The notes below the pieces were generated by a model. It was given only the letters and a program-made list of their open reading frames with translations. It was not told where the DNA came from and searched no databases. This document shows positions 9,075-18,218 of a stretch of DNA of 64,000 nucleotides, in pieces; the first letter of the stretch is position 1; every line of letters starts with the position of its first letter. Source of the DNA: a bacterium (lineage in GTDB: Bacteria > UBA10199 > 2-02-FULL-50-16 > JAJFLM01); NCBI GenBank assembly GCA_965216315.1, contig CBDCFN010000015.1:224001-288000 (forward strand). The letters run 5' to 3'. Made by a program: the position numbers and the translations under genes.

Positions 9075-10805
9075 TTAGCGGGCGGCCTGAATTTGTTGGA
9101 TCTTTAGCTGAATACTGCGCTGGCCCCGGAACTCATTCCATTCGGGACGATAGGCAAGACGAAAGAATTCCGCCTCTCGTTGCGACTCATAAATCGCCGC
9201 CAGATTGAAACCGATTGCTGACCATTGGCGACTCTCACCGGCCACTGTCACCTTGAGGTGTTGATCCCCGAGAATGCGCGGGCTCACCAAGCGCACCGAC
9301 TCCGTAACAAAAAGAGGCGCCCGAAAACCCATGCCATAGGGACCGATCCGAATCAGGTCATTCACCACCTGTTCACAAATCTCGGCGGTTGTTAAGACCT
9401 GATCAATCTTGAGCGTGGCGCGAAAGCCTTCTGGCGCCAAAGCCGCAACGGCCGCTTGGAGAGCAACGGTAAAATCAGTCAGTTGGGCCGCATCAATCTT
9501 AAGCCCCGCGGCCGCCTGATGACCTCCATAGCGAAGCAAGTGTTCTGAGCAAGCCGCAATTGCATCATAAACACTGACGCCCCCATAGGTGCGCGCACTG
9601 CCAACACCCACATCACCTTGGAGCGCGATGACAATCGCCGGGCGTTTGAAGTGTTCTGTCAACTTAGCCGCAACGATGCCCATGACACCGGGATGCCATT
9701 GATCGGCGGCCACCACGATCGCCCATTGTTTGTGCGCCTCGTCTTGACTCTCCACCTGGGCAATGGCTTCAGCAATCATCTGGGCTTCCACTTTGCGGCG
9801 CTCTTGATTGAGCTGATCCAAATGTTGGGCAAGATGATCGGCCTCTCGTCTATCTTGAGTCGTCAATAACTGAACTCCCAAACGCGCATCCGCCATACGT
9901 CCGGCGGCATTGAGACGCGGGGCGATTTGAAAACCGACTTCCCAGGTATCCACGGCCCTACCACTCGTCGACGTCACTGCCTTGAGAGCCGCAATGCCGG
10001 GGCGTTGTCCGGTTTCGAGGATCTGCAGTCCATAGCGCACCAGCAAGCGATTCTGCCCCAACAAAGGAACCATGTCCGCAACCGTACCCAAGCATGCAAG
10101 ATCAAGTTCCTCTTTGAGATCCGGTTCGCTCCGACCGCGAAAAAAATCCTGTGCTCTCAACTGAGCACGTAAAGCAATCACGAGATTAAACACAAGTCCC
10201 GCACTGCACAGAGTCTTATCGGGATGCAAACTTTCCGGGTGCTTCGGATTGACAAGGGCCTCACACGGAGGAATCTTGGTTGGACTCTCATGATGATCCA
10301 CAACAATCACTCGTAAGCCATTGGCGCGCGCCCATTCGAGTTCTTCAAAGGCACTCGTTCCATTATCAATGGTCACCACGACGTCAGCACCAGTTGCCTT
10401 GATGCGTTCAAGTCCGGCTATACTAACACCATAACCGTCGTGAATCCGGTCGGGAATGAACACATCGACATCAAGCCTGCAGTGCTTAAGAAACTGGGAG
10501 AGAATCGCACATCCCGTCATCCCGTCCACATCATAATCGCCGAATAAAGCGACGCGCTGTCCCTGTTCGATGGCCTCGATAAGCACACGGCAGGCATCCT
10601 GAATTCCCGGAATCTGCATGGGGTCAGGAAGATCGGCCAAACGCCCATTAAGATGTTGATGAATTTCACCTGATTCCGTCAGACCTCGGTTGATAAGGCA
10701 CTGAGCGACGACCGGCGAAAGTCCGTGTTCAGCGGCTAGTTGGTTAGCGAGGGCTTGTTGGGGTTCTTGGATAATCCATTCAGCGTCGCAGCTGATGAAA
10801 CTCAC
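9075..10805 (-). CDS. recJ: ssDNA exonuclease RecJ
   Basis: GDYDVDG, TIDNG, VDHH, ADMVPL, PRLNAAGR, GGH..AAG; GTG overlaps secF stop. Confidence 0.95.
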   Translation of the reverse strand: MSFISCDAEWIIQEPQQALANQLAAEHGLSPVVAQCLINRGLTESGEIHQHLNGRLADLPDPMQIPGIQDACRVLIEAIEQGQRVALFGDYDVDGMTGCAILSQFLKHCRLDVDVFIPDRIHDGYGVSIAGLERIKATGADVVVTIDNGTSAFEELEWARANGLRVIVVDHHESPTKIPPCEALVNPKHPESLHPDKTLCSAGLVFNLVIALRAQLRAQDFFRGRSEPDLKEELDLACLGTVADMVPLLGQNRLLVRYGLQILETGQRPGIAALKAVTSTSGRAVDTWEVGFQIAPRLNAAGRMADARLGVQLLTTQDRREADHLAQHLDQLNQERRKVEAQMIAEAIAQVESQDEAHKQWAIVVAADQWHPGVMGIVAAKLTEHFKRPAIVIALQGDVGVGSARTYGGVSVYDAIAACSEHLLRYGGHQAAAGLKIDAAQLTDFTVALQAAVAALAPEGFRATLKIDQVLTTAEICEQVVNDLIRIGPYGMGFRAPLFVTESVRLVSPRILGDQHLKVTVAGESRQWSAIGFNLAAIYESQREAEFFRLAYRPEWNEFRGQRSIQLKIQQIQAAR

Positions 10806-11719
10806 TAGGCTTTCTTTCCAGAGACAGCAGGTGATACCCGAGGCCACCACTTGTGGACCAGAAGATAAACGGGGCTCGCCACAAAAATTGACGAGTAGGT
10901 CCCGGCAATGACCCCAACGATCAGGGCAAAAGCAAAGTCCCTAATCGCCCCTTCAGCGATGACATACAGCACGACCACCACAAAAAGCACGGTGATTGAA
11001 GTAATAAGCGTCCGACTCATCACCTGGTTGATAGACTTGTTAATGATTTCTTCCGTCTCTTCTCCGAGATCCGCCGCAGTATTCTCACGAATTCGATCAT
11101 AGAGAATAATCGTATCGTTGATAGAATAGCCGAGTATGGTCAGCAGCGCCGCGACGGAGGTCAGGCTAAAACTCGCTTGCACTAATGCGATAGCGCCGAG
11201 AGTAATCATGATATCGTGAACAAGAGCCACGATGGCACCGGGTGCAAACTGGAAATCAAAACGGAAACCAATATAAATGAGGATTAGTAAACAACTGACC
11301 AGGATGGCCACCTGAGCCTTACGGCGTAACTCTTTTCCCGCCTTGGGACCCACCGATTCTTGCTGTTGAAGCGTCACTTGATCCGCCCCAAAGACCCCTT
11401 GAATTGCTACGGTAATTGGGTCGGTCGCATCATCAACGCCCTCCGGTGCCAAACCTGCTTTGATGGAAAAACGATTTTCGTCCGCATCTCCATAATGGCG
11501 AACCGTTGCATCGCTGATACCCGCCTGGTCCAGCGCCTCGCGGATCTGCCCTTCAGTGACGGCTTCACTAAAACTATAGAGCAGTTTGCGCCCGCCGGTA
11601 AAATCCGTATCAAAGTTCAGTCCCTTCGTCGCCACCAAATATATAGAGGCCACTACGACAACGAGCGAAAGTACGGCCGAAGGGATGCGATATTTAGTAA
11701 AAGCGATATGTGTTCTCAT
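10805..11719 (-). CDS. secF: Protein translocase subunit SecF
   Basis: DFTGG, VGP, GYSINDTIILYDRIRE, GTYSSIFVASP. Confidence 0.96.
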   Translation of the reverse strand: MRTHIAFTKYRIPSAVLSLVVVVASIYLVATKGLNFDTDFTGGRKLLYSFSEAVTEGQIREALDQAGISDATVRHYGDADENRFSIKAGLAPEGVDDATDPITVAIQGVFGADQVTLQQQESVGPKAGKELRRKAQVAILVSCLLILIYIGFRFDFQFAPGAIVALVHDIMITLGAIALVQASFSLTSVAALLTILGYSINDTIILYDRIRENTAADLGEETEEIINKSINQVMSRTLITSITVLFVVVVLYVIAEGAIRDFAFALIVGVIAGTYSSIFVASPVYLLVHKWWPRVSPAVSGKKA

Positions 11720-13443
11720 TAGACACTCAACTTATCTGGGTTGCGCCCATAGACATACCAGGTCTGCAATAGCTTGGTGAACACCAGGGCTGTAAATAAA
11801 GTCGTCGTTATGCCAATCATCAGCGTAACCGCAAAACCACGGATGGGGCCCGTTCCAAATTGATAGAGGACCACTCCCGCTAAAAAAGTCGTTACATTCG
11901 CATCAATAATCGCACTCGTTGCATTGCTATAACCGGCTTCCATCGCCGCCCGCGCCTTGCGACCATCGCGCACCTCTTCTCGAATCCGCTCAAAGACAAT
12001 GATATTGGCATCCACCGCCATCCCGAGCGTGAGAATAATCCCCGCCAGCCCCGGAAGGGTCAACGTCGCCTGAAATAAGGTGAGGATGGAAAAAAGCAGG
12101 AGAACATTGACCGTTAACGCCACCGTCGCAAAAATCCCGGACAGTTTATAATAAATCATCATAAAGATAACGACGAGCAGACCTCCGATCAGCAAGGCCT
12201 TGATGCCTTTTTCAATGGAGATCTTACCCAGCGACGGACCAATGATCGTTTTGGTCCGCTCTTCCAAGGTTGCCGGCAAGGCCCCCTCACGAAGCACCAA
12301 GGTCAGGTCCTCGGCCTCGCGCAACAAACTCTGATAATCACCATAGCCCAAGGTGATCTGCGCGCGCCCCTGGGGGATCTTTGATTTAATGACCGGGGCC
12401 GAACTGACACGATCATCTAAAACAATCGCCAAACGCTTATTGACGTTGGCGCCGGTCAATTCACCGAATAGCTCCGCCCCCGCATCATTAAAAGTAAGAC
12501 TGACGTAAGGCTCATTGCCCTGTACCTGCACTTGCGCGTCCGACAACATATCGCCGGTTAGCTCGGCTTTTCTCTTGAGCAAATAAGGCGTCCCCCCGGT
12601 AATTTTTTTAGCCACCGGATCGTATTTTACGGAGAACGACACCTCATCACCCTCAGGAATCTTGTCTTTGAGTGCCGCGCGGATTGCAGCCACATCCTTG
12701 TCGGTATACCCTTTGATGTCCTGTTCTTGACGAACCTCCGCCACCAATTGTGCTAAGGTGGCATCATTGATTTCCTCATCAACGAGTTTGAACTCGAGAC
12801 GCCCTCCCCGTTTAATCAGCTGGATGGCGCGTTCCGGGTCACGCACGCCGGGCAATTCCACGGCAATTTTTTCGGTCCCTAACTTCTGAATAGAGGGTTC
12901 GGACACCCCGTGTTTATCAATGCGGTTACGAATGGTCTCAACCGCCTGCCTCATGGTGAGATCTTTGGTCCGTTGTTGAAACGAAGGCGTCAGCATCAAG
13001 ACATTGTTGGTCGCGTCACTTTCCTCAGGGACACGTGCAAGTACTCCATCGTAATTATTAATGATGTAAGACCGAAACTTCTGGCTGGCGGCTTCATCAG
13101 GAAGAGCCACCTTGATCTTGTATGAATCGGGAACACGCTCAATACTCGTCACTTGAATTTTTTCGCGCTTCAACAAACGTTCCAGCTCAGACGCGAGTAT
13201 ATCCGCCCGGGCCTGTAAGGCCTCCTCAATCACCACATCAAACTCAATATAGATACCTCCGCGCAGGTCCAGGCCGAGGTTAAGCCCTTTTTTGGGAAAA
13301 ATTCCCGCAACCGCCGGCAACTTCGCCGCATCCCCTTCGGCCAATTCATTACTCCAACCCATCAGGGTCGGAGTGAGCACATAAAGAGAGGCCACGATAG
13401 CCACGGCAATACTCAGAGCTTTCCAACGCCAATTCTCGGGCAT
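11719..13443 (-). CDS. secD: Protein translocase subunit SecD
   Basis: LGLDLRGG, GVSEP, GPSLG, GMAVDANI..FERIREE. Confidence 0.96.
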   Translation of the reverse strand: MPENWRWKALSIAVAIVASLYVLTPTLMGWSNELAEGDAAKLPAVAGIFPKKGLNLGLDLRGGIYIEFDVVIEEALQARADILASELERLLKREKIQVTSIERVPDSYKIKVALPDEAASQKFRSYIINNYDGVLARVPEESDATNNVLMLTPSFQQRTKDLTMRQAVETIRNRIDKHGVSEPSIQKLGTEKIAVELPGVRDPERAIQLIKRGGRLEFKLVDEEINDATLAQLVAEVRQEQDIKGYTDKDVAAIRAALKDKIPEGDEVSFSVKYDPVAKKITGGTPYLLKRKAELTGDMLSDAQVQVQGNEPYVSLTFNDAGAELFGELTGANVNKRLAIVLDDRVSSAPVIKSKIPQGRAQITLGYGDYQSLLREAEDLTLVLREGALPATLEERTKTIIGPSLGKISIEKGIKALLIGGLLVVIFMMIYYKLSGIFATVALTVNVLLLFSILTLFQATLTLPGLAGIILTLGMAVDANIIVFERIREEVRDGRKARAAMEAGYSNATSAIIDANVTTFLAGVVLYQFGTGPIRGFAVTLMIGITTTLFTALVFTKLLQTWYVYGRNPDKLSV

Positions 13444-13446
13444 AAC

Positions 13447-13890
13447 TTACTTCTTTTTTTCCTTAGAGTCTTTTTTTTCAGCTGGTTCGGCCCCCGTGAG
13501 CACTTGGGCCACCTGTTTCTTATCCAACTTGATGCGGACATTTTCGGCAATCTCCACACCAACCGTCGCATCAGTGACCGAAGTAATCTTTCCGAAGATG
13601 CCCGAAGCCGTCACGACCTCGTCGCCCCGTTTCACTTCGCTGAGCATCGCTGCGTGTTTCTTTTGTTGTTTCGCTTGGGGACGAATGAGGAGAAAATAGA
13701 AGATCAAGAAAACCAAGATCATCGGCATAAAGAGACCGAGACCGCCGCCGGCTCCCTTGCCGCCTTCCCCGCCTGGAGCCGACATCGCCCAAGAGACGAT
13801 GGGTAGAAGACTTAATAAAATTCCCCCGAGGCCCCCTTTATAAAGAGGGGAAGCCCAGGTGCTAATCAATGCCTTGCGCCCGTTTCTCAT
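13447..13890 (-). CDS. yajC: Preprotein translocase subunit YajC
   Basis: FYFLLIRPQ, GDEVVTASGIFG; tgt-yajC-secD synteny. Confidence 0.93.
   Translation of the reverse strand: MRNGRKALISTWASPLYKGGLGGILLSLLPIVSWAMSAPGGEGGKGAGGGLGLFMPMILVFLIFYFLLIRPQAKQQKKHAAMLSEVKRGDEVVTASGIFGKITSVTDATVGVEIAENVRIKLDKKQVAQVLTGAEPAEKKDSKEKKK
13817..13853 (-). repeat. Half copy of family A element in yajC 5' region
   Basis: cttcccctctttataaagggggcctcgggggaatttt matches right half of 5888-5981. Confidence 0.7.
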
Positions 13891-15010
13891 AAAATTCCTT
13901 TTTAAAGGCCACGAAACGATCGGCCTCGATAGCCACCCTCATCTCGCGCATCAAGTTCAAATAATAATAAAGGTTGTGATACGTCCCCAACCGTGAAGCC
14001 AAAATCTCTTTAGATACAAAGAGATGGCGAAGGTAGGCCCTACTATAATGACGACAAGTCGTGCAAGAACAATCTTGCTGAATAGGGCGCTCATCCCGGC
14101 TAAAGCCCGAATTACGGATGTTCATGTCGCCGTAACTCGTGAAGAACTGGCCATTGCGGGCATTGCGCGTCGGCAGGACACAATCAAACAGATCGGAACC
14201 GGCGGCGACCCCTTCGACGAGGTCTTCCGGATAGCCCATGCCCATCAGGTAACGCGGCAGGCTTGCGGGAATCCGCGGCGTAATTGCTGAAACGATCTTG
14301 CGCGTCTCAGCAATGGGCTCACCAATAGCCAATCCGCCCAGCGCAATCCCGGCAAAACCTTCACCGGGAGATTTCTCATTGAATTCAAGTAAGCGTTCCA
14401 GACATTCTTGTCGCAAATCGCTATAGACCGAGCCTTGGACAATACCGAAAAGTCCTTTGTCCGCAGGCGATGAAGATCGAAAATGTTGAAGACTCTGTTC
14501 TTCCCACTGCAGGGAAAGCTCCATGGAACGCCGCGCTTCTTCCGCGGTCGCCGGATAAGGTGTACATTCATCCAGCACCATGATGATGTCACTGTCCAAG
14601 GCAAGTTGGATTTCGATCGAACGCGCGGGGCTTAAGAAAAATTCCGTCCCATCGACGTGGGAACGGAACCGTATCCCCTCCGGTTCGAGCTTGCGCGTCG
14701 CCGCCAACGAATAGGCTTGGTACCCCCCGGAATCCGTCAGGATGAGCCCCGGCCACTGCATGAATCGATGGAGACCCCCGAGTTCCGCAATCGTCTTCTC
14801 ACCCGGTCGCACCATCAGATGATAGGTATTGCAAACCAACAGCTCGGTCCCGATGGCATCGAGTTCATCGACCGTCATCGCCTTGACCGTCGCCTGGGTT
14901 CCGACCGGCATAAAGGCCGGCGTATGAACCCGCCCACGAGCGGTCTCAATCAAACCCGTCCGCGCTTCACTCTCGGACGAATTCGCATCGATTTGGAATG
15001 AAAAGGCCAT
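13862..15010 (-). CDS. tgt: tRNA-guanine transglycosylase
   Basis: TPAFMPVGT, NTYH, TDSGGYQ, DCVLPTR, C.C..C zinc site. Confidence 0.97.
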   Translation of the reverse strand: MAFSFQIDANSSESEARTGLIETARGRVHTPAFMPVGTQATVKAMTVDELDAIGTELLVCNTYHLMVRPGEKTIAELGGLHRFMQWPGLILTDSGGYQAYSLAATRKLEPEGIRFRSHVDGTEFFLSPARSIEIQLALDSDIIMVLDECTPYPATAEEARRSMELSLQWEEQSLQHFRSSSPADKGLFGIVQGSVYSDLRQECLERLLEFNEKSPGEGFAGIALGGLAIGEPIAETRKIVSAITPRIPASLPRYLMGMGYPEDLVEGVAAGSDLFDCVLPTRNARNGQFFTSYGDMNIRNSGFSRDERPIQQDCSCTTCRHYSRAYLRHLFVSKEILASRLGTYHNLYYYLNLMREMRVAIEADRFVAFKKEFYEKRAQGID

Positions 15011-15113
15011 GGGCTCACCCTCTTAACCTATCAATAACACTTCGACAAGAAATCGCGTCTTGGCTGATCGGGGTCCAATATGCTAGCCCTGTCGCCTCAG
15101 TGAGGAGGACTGC

Positions 15114-15344
15114 ATGGAATCCGAATTCTTATTTGCAACGATGTTTAATCTGGGAATTAACCTTATCTACACCATCTTGGCGCTGGTCTTAGGTATTGTC
15201 GCTCTTGTCGTCATCGACAAGAAATTACTGAAGTCGATTATCGTTGAGGACGAGTTAAAGAATGGGAATATCGCGATCGCTATTTTCGCCTCAACGATCT
15301 TGATCTTTGTGGCCCTCATCGTTTCGTTCGGCCTCAAAGGGTGA
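15114..15344 (+). CDS. DUF350-like small membrane protein
   Basis: Two TM helices, ELKNGNIAIAI motif; GAGGAGG SD. Confidence 0.7.
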   Translation: MESEFLFATMFNLGINLIYTILALVLGIVALVVIDKKLLKSIIVEDELKNGNIAIAIFASTILIFVALIVSFGLKG

Positions 15345-15359
15345 CCAAGGTAGTCCGCA

Positions 15360-16172
15360 GTGAAACGATCTAAATTCGCCATCTTTGTTGTAATTGTACT
15401 CTTGATCCTGCCTTACGTGTACCGACAGTTACAGGATAAAAATGAGGTTCAATCGAACATTGATGCCTCCTTAGCAGAGCTCAACAAGAAAATGTCACAA
15501 CCGGTGAACCAAGCCGGCTTCATCGAGGAAGTCGGTTCGGGCAATGTCCTCACAGAACAACACGTTCAATATACTGTCAGGGATTTGAGTCGCGAAACCC
15601 AAGCTCGGGTCCGCTCCTGGACTTTCGGCCAGGCGCCGACGGCGACATTATCCGCCCAGGGTCTCGACACCCTCCATCACTTTGTAAACAGTTATCTGAT
15701 CGGATTCAAACCATTCGATACCGATAAAATTTGGGTTCCCCTCTATACCTTGGCGTTGCGGAAAAAATACCAATACGATCATCTGCAATACAGTGGGCTC
15801 ACGGATATTTGGCAGAACTCTTTGCAAGCATACTATTATACCCGTGGTGATTGCGAGGACCATGCAATTGCATTGGCCGACTGGCTGATCAGTGCCGGTC
15901 ATGATGCCCGTGTCGTCTTAGGTAATTTCAAAGGAGGTGGCCACGCATGGGTCGTCTTGCTGCAGGACGGAAAGGAATATATTATTGAAGCCACCAATAA
16001 AGAGAAAATACGAAAACTCAAACATTATCCGCTCGCTCGCCTCGCGACTCAATACCATCCCAAATACCAATTTAACCGCACCAATTTTTGGGCCAATACG
16101 GGAAACCAATTCACAACCCGTTATTCGGGTTCTCACTGGGTCTTACGGTCCCGATTTAGTGGCACGCTGTAA
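15360..16172 (+). CDS. Membrane-anchored transglutaminase-like cysteine protease
   Basis: N-terminal TM; GDCEDHA, GHAWV, EAT triad motifs. Confidence 0.8.
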   Translation: MKRSKFAIFVVIVLLILPYVYRQLQDKNEVQSNIDASLAELNKKMSQPVNQAGFIEEVGSGNVLTEQHVQYTVRDLSRETQARVRSWTFGQAPTATLSAQGLDTLHHFVNSYLIGFKPFDTDKIWVPLYTLALRKKYQYDHLQYSGLTDIWQNSLQAYYYTRGDCEDHAIALADWLISAGHDARVVLGNFKGGGHAWVVLLQDGKEYIIEATNKEKIRKLKHYPLARLATQYHPKYQFNRTNFWANTGNQFTTRYSGSHWVLRSRFSGTL

Positions 16173-16212
16173 TTGATTGCCGCCAGCGGCTAAACTGCAG
16201 TATAGAGACGCC

Positions 16213-16599
16213 GTGAAGTTTTTGCGTCTTATAATCACCCTCATGCTGCTCGTCAGCGCGCCTTCCCTAACGAAGGCCGCCGATGAAATCGCTGACGCCA
16301 ATCCAGATGTCGATTTCTCAGACCTTATCGTCGGCATCAGCTACGCGATAAGCGCACCGGAGGCCACGGACTCTTGTTTATGCGACTGGTCGCTCTCTAA
16401 TGAATTTATCGCCGCTCTCAATCCTGCCGATGAATGCGACACCCTACTCATCGTCTTTATCCGCGGGGGTGGGCAATTGACTGTCGAGCTTGACTGCGAA
16501 GGGGAGGAAATAACCGAGTTCACTCAAGTTTTCATGGCACACACCCCTGACCCGGCATTAACTATATTCAAAGGAAGTGGCTGCTCACTACGCCCTTGA
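16213..16599 (+). CDS. Small secreted acidic Cys-containing protein ending GSGCSLRP
   Basis: Signal peptide from GTG16213; C-terminal GC motif. Confidence 0.65.
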   Translation: MKFLRLIITLMLLVSAPSLTKAADEIADANPDVDFSDLIVGISYAISAPEATDSCLCDWSLSNEFIAALNPADECDTLLIVFIRGGGQLTVELDCEGEEITEFTQVFMAHTPDPALTIFKGSGCSLRP

Positions 16600-16699
16600 C
16601 CATTTTTACAATCTTTTAACATCGGTTCGCTTGATTTCTTCGACAAAAGCACGCAGCCTTCAAAGATAGTTATGGAAATATCTTTCTAGGAGGTTCAGG

Positions 16700-18163
16700 A
16701 TGGGTGCAAATCGATTGATGGGAGGCGTTGTTTTTGGAGCCTTCCTGATATTTTTTTCATCACAGGTATCCGCTGCGGTTTTCACTGTTACAAATACGGA
16801 TGACGCGGGAGCGGGCTCGCTGCGGCAGGCTATTATTGATGCCGAGACCTCCGGTGGATCCGATGACATTAATTTTGATGTGACAGGGACGATCACACTA
16901 AACAGTGCCTTACCGACCTTGACACAAAGTGTGAGCCTATTGGGGCCCGGTGCCAATCAGCTAACAATTGATGCCAACGGCGCCACGACAAGTGCCCGCA
17001 TTTTTACACTCGATAGCCCCGCTGATGACCAAAGTTTCAACATCTCGGGGCTGACCCTGACCGGGGGACGCTCTGCCGGCGGCCCTAACAGTGATGGTGG
17101 GGCCATCCGCATCGAAAGTGGAGACACACTCGATCTTGCTTTTTGCACCTTCACAAATAATGACACTTCGATCGCAGACCGTAATGGTGGTGCTATTGAC
17201 ATTGACTTTAATGCTACCGTCACAATCGACAGCTGCACGTTCAGCAACAATAATGCAACTGACGGCGGCGCTATTCAAAGTGGTGGGAGTCTCTCGATAA
17301 ACAATAGTACGTTCTCCAGTAACGAAGCCAAGAACACTGGAGGAGGTGGTGCTGTATTGAGTAACGGCGGCGATCTCGTAATCACGAATAGCACATTTAA
17401 TAACAATAAAGCCGAAGGAAGTGCCGGCGCTCTCTATACCAGTGTCAATGCATCTATCAGCAACTCAACCTTTGCGGCAAATGAAGCGGGCCCCACTGAG
17501 GACGGCGGTGCTATCTATATTGTCGCAGGCGCGAATGTCACCATAGACAACGTAACAGTTAGCGGGAACACCGCTGGCTCTGGCGCGGGTATCAGCGCAG
17601 TAACGGGAACCGGTACGATCAAGAATACTATTCTTGCCAATAATACCGGCGGCAACTGCGACGGGGCTGTCGTCTCCGCTGGCAACAATATCGACAGTGG
17701 AACAAGTTGTGGCCTAGGCAGCAGCGGTGACCAGAGCTCGACCGATCCTTTGTTAGCCACTCTGCAAAATAACAGTGGGCCCACTCGGACTATGGCCCTG
17801 CAAGCAGGAAGTCCCGCCATCGATAAGGGATCCTGTACGGATATCGGCGGCAACGATGTATTTCTTGATCAGCGCGGTTCCGAGCGTCCTGCCGGGACAA
17901 CCTGTGACATCGGTGCCTTTGAAGTTTCGGTCTGTGGAGATGACATATTAGGTGCGGATGAAGAATGCGACGACGCCAATACAATCGATACCGACGACTG
18001 CACCGCCGCATGCAAAGACAACATTTGTGGAGACGGGAGCGTCCTCGAAGGCTTTGAAGATTGCGATGACGGCAATACTGACGATGGCGACGGCTGTGAC
18101 AGTACTTGTGTCGATGAAGAAGGGGTCGCCGGCATCGGCGGATGTGCTCTAATCCGCCGCTAG
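16700..18163 (+). CDS. Secreted beta-helix (GGAI repeats, choice-of-anchor Q-like) + Cys-rich repeats, ending GGCALIRR
   Basis: VTNTDDAGAGSLRQAI, F..N.A..GGAI repeats, GSPAID..DQRG..CDIGAFE, CGDG repeats. Confidence 0.88.
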   Translation: MGANRLMGGVVFGAFLIFFSSQVSAAVFTVTNTDDAGAGSLRQAIIDAETSGGSDDINFDVTGTITLNSALPTLTQSVSLLGPGANQLTIDANGATTSARIFTLDSPADDQSFNISGLTLTGGRSAGGPNSDGGAIRIESGDTLDLAFCTFTNNDTSIADRNGGAIDIDFNATVTIDSCTFSNNNATDGGAIQSGGSLSINNSTFSSNEAKNTGGGGAVLSNGGDLVITNSTFNNNKAEGSAGALYTSVNASISNSTFAANEAGPTEDGGAIYIVAGANVTIDNVTVSGNTAGSGAGISAVTGTGTIKNTILANNTGGNCDGAVVSAGNNIDSGTSCGLGSSGDQSSTDPLLATLQNNSGPTRTMALQAGSPAIDKGSCTDIGGNDVFLDQRGSERPAGTTCDIGAFEVSVCGDDILGADEECDDANTIDTDDCTAACKDNICGDGSVLEGFEDCDDGNTDDGDGCDSTCVDEEGVAGIGGCALIRR

Positions 18164-18218
18164 GGCCCTATTTTTTAGTCTTGCATAATGATAGGGAATC
18201 CGGTCAGACTAGGTCACC

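Noticed and set aside
5134..15010. que genes as a dpd DNA-modification system
   Set aside because: tgt is a canonical tRNA enzyme in tgt-yajC-secDF; no dpdA/B/C seen
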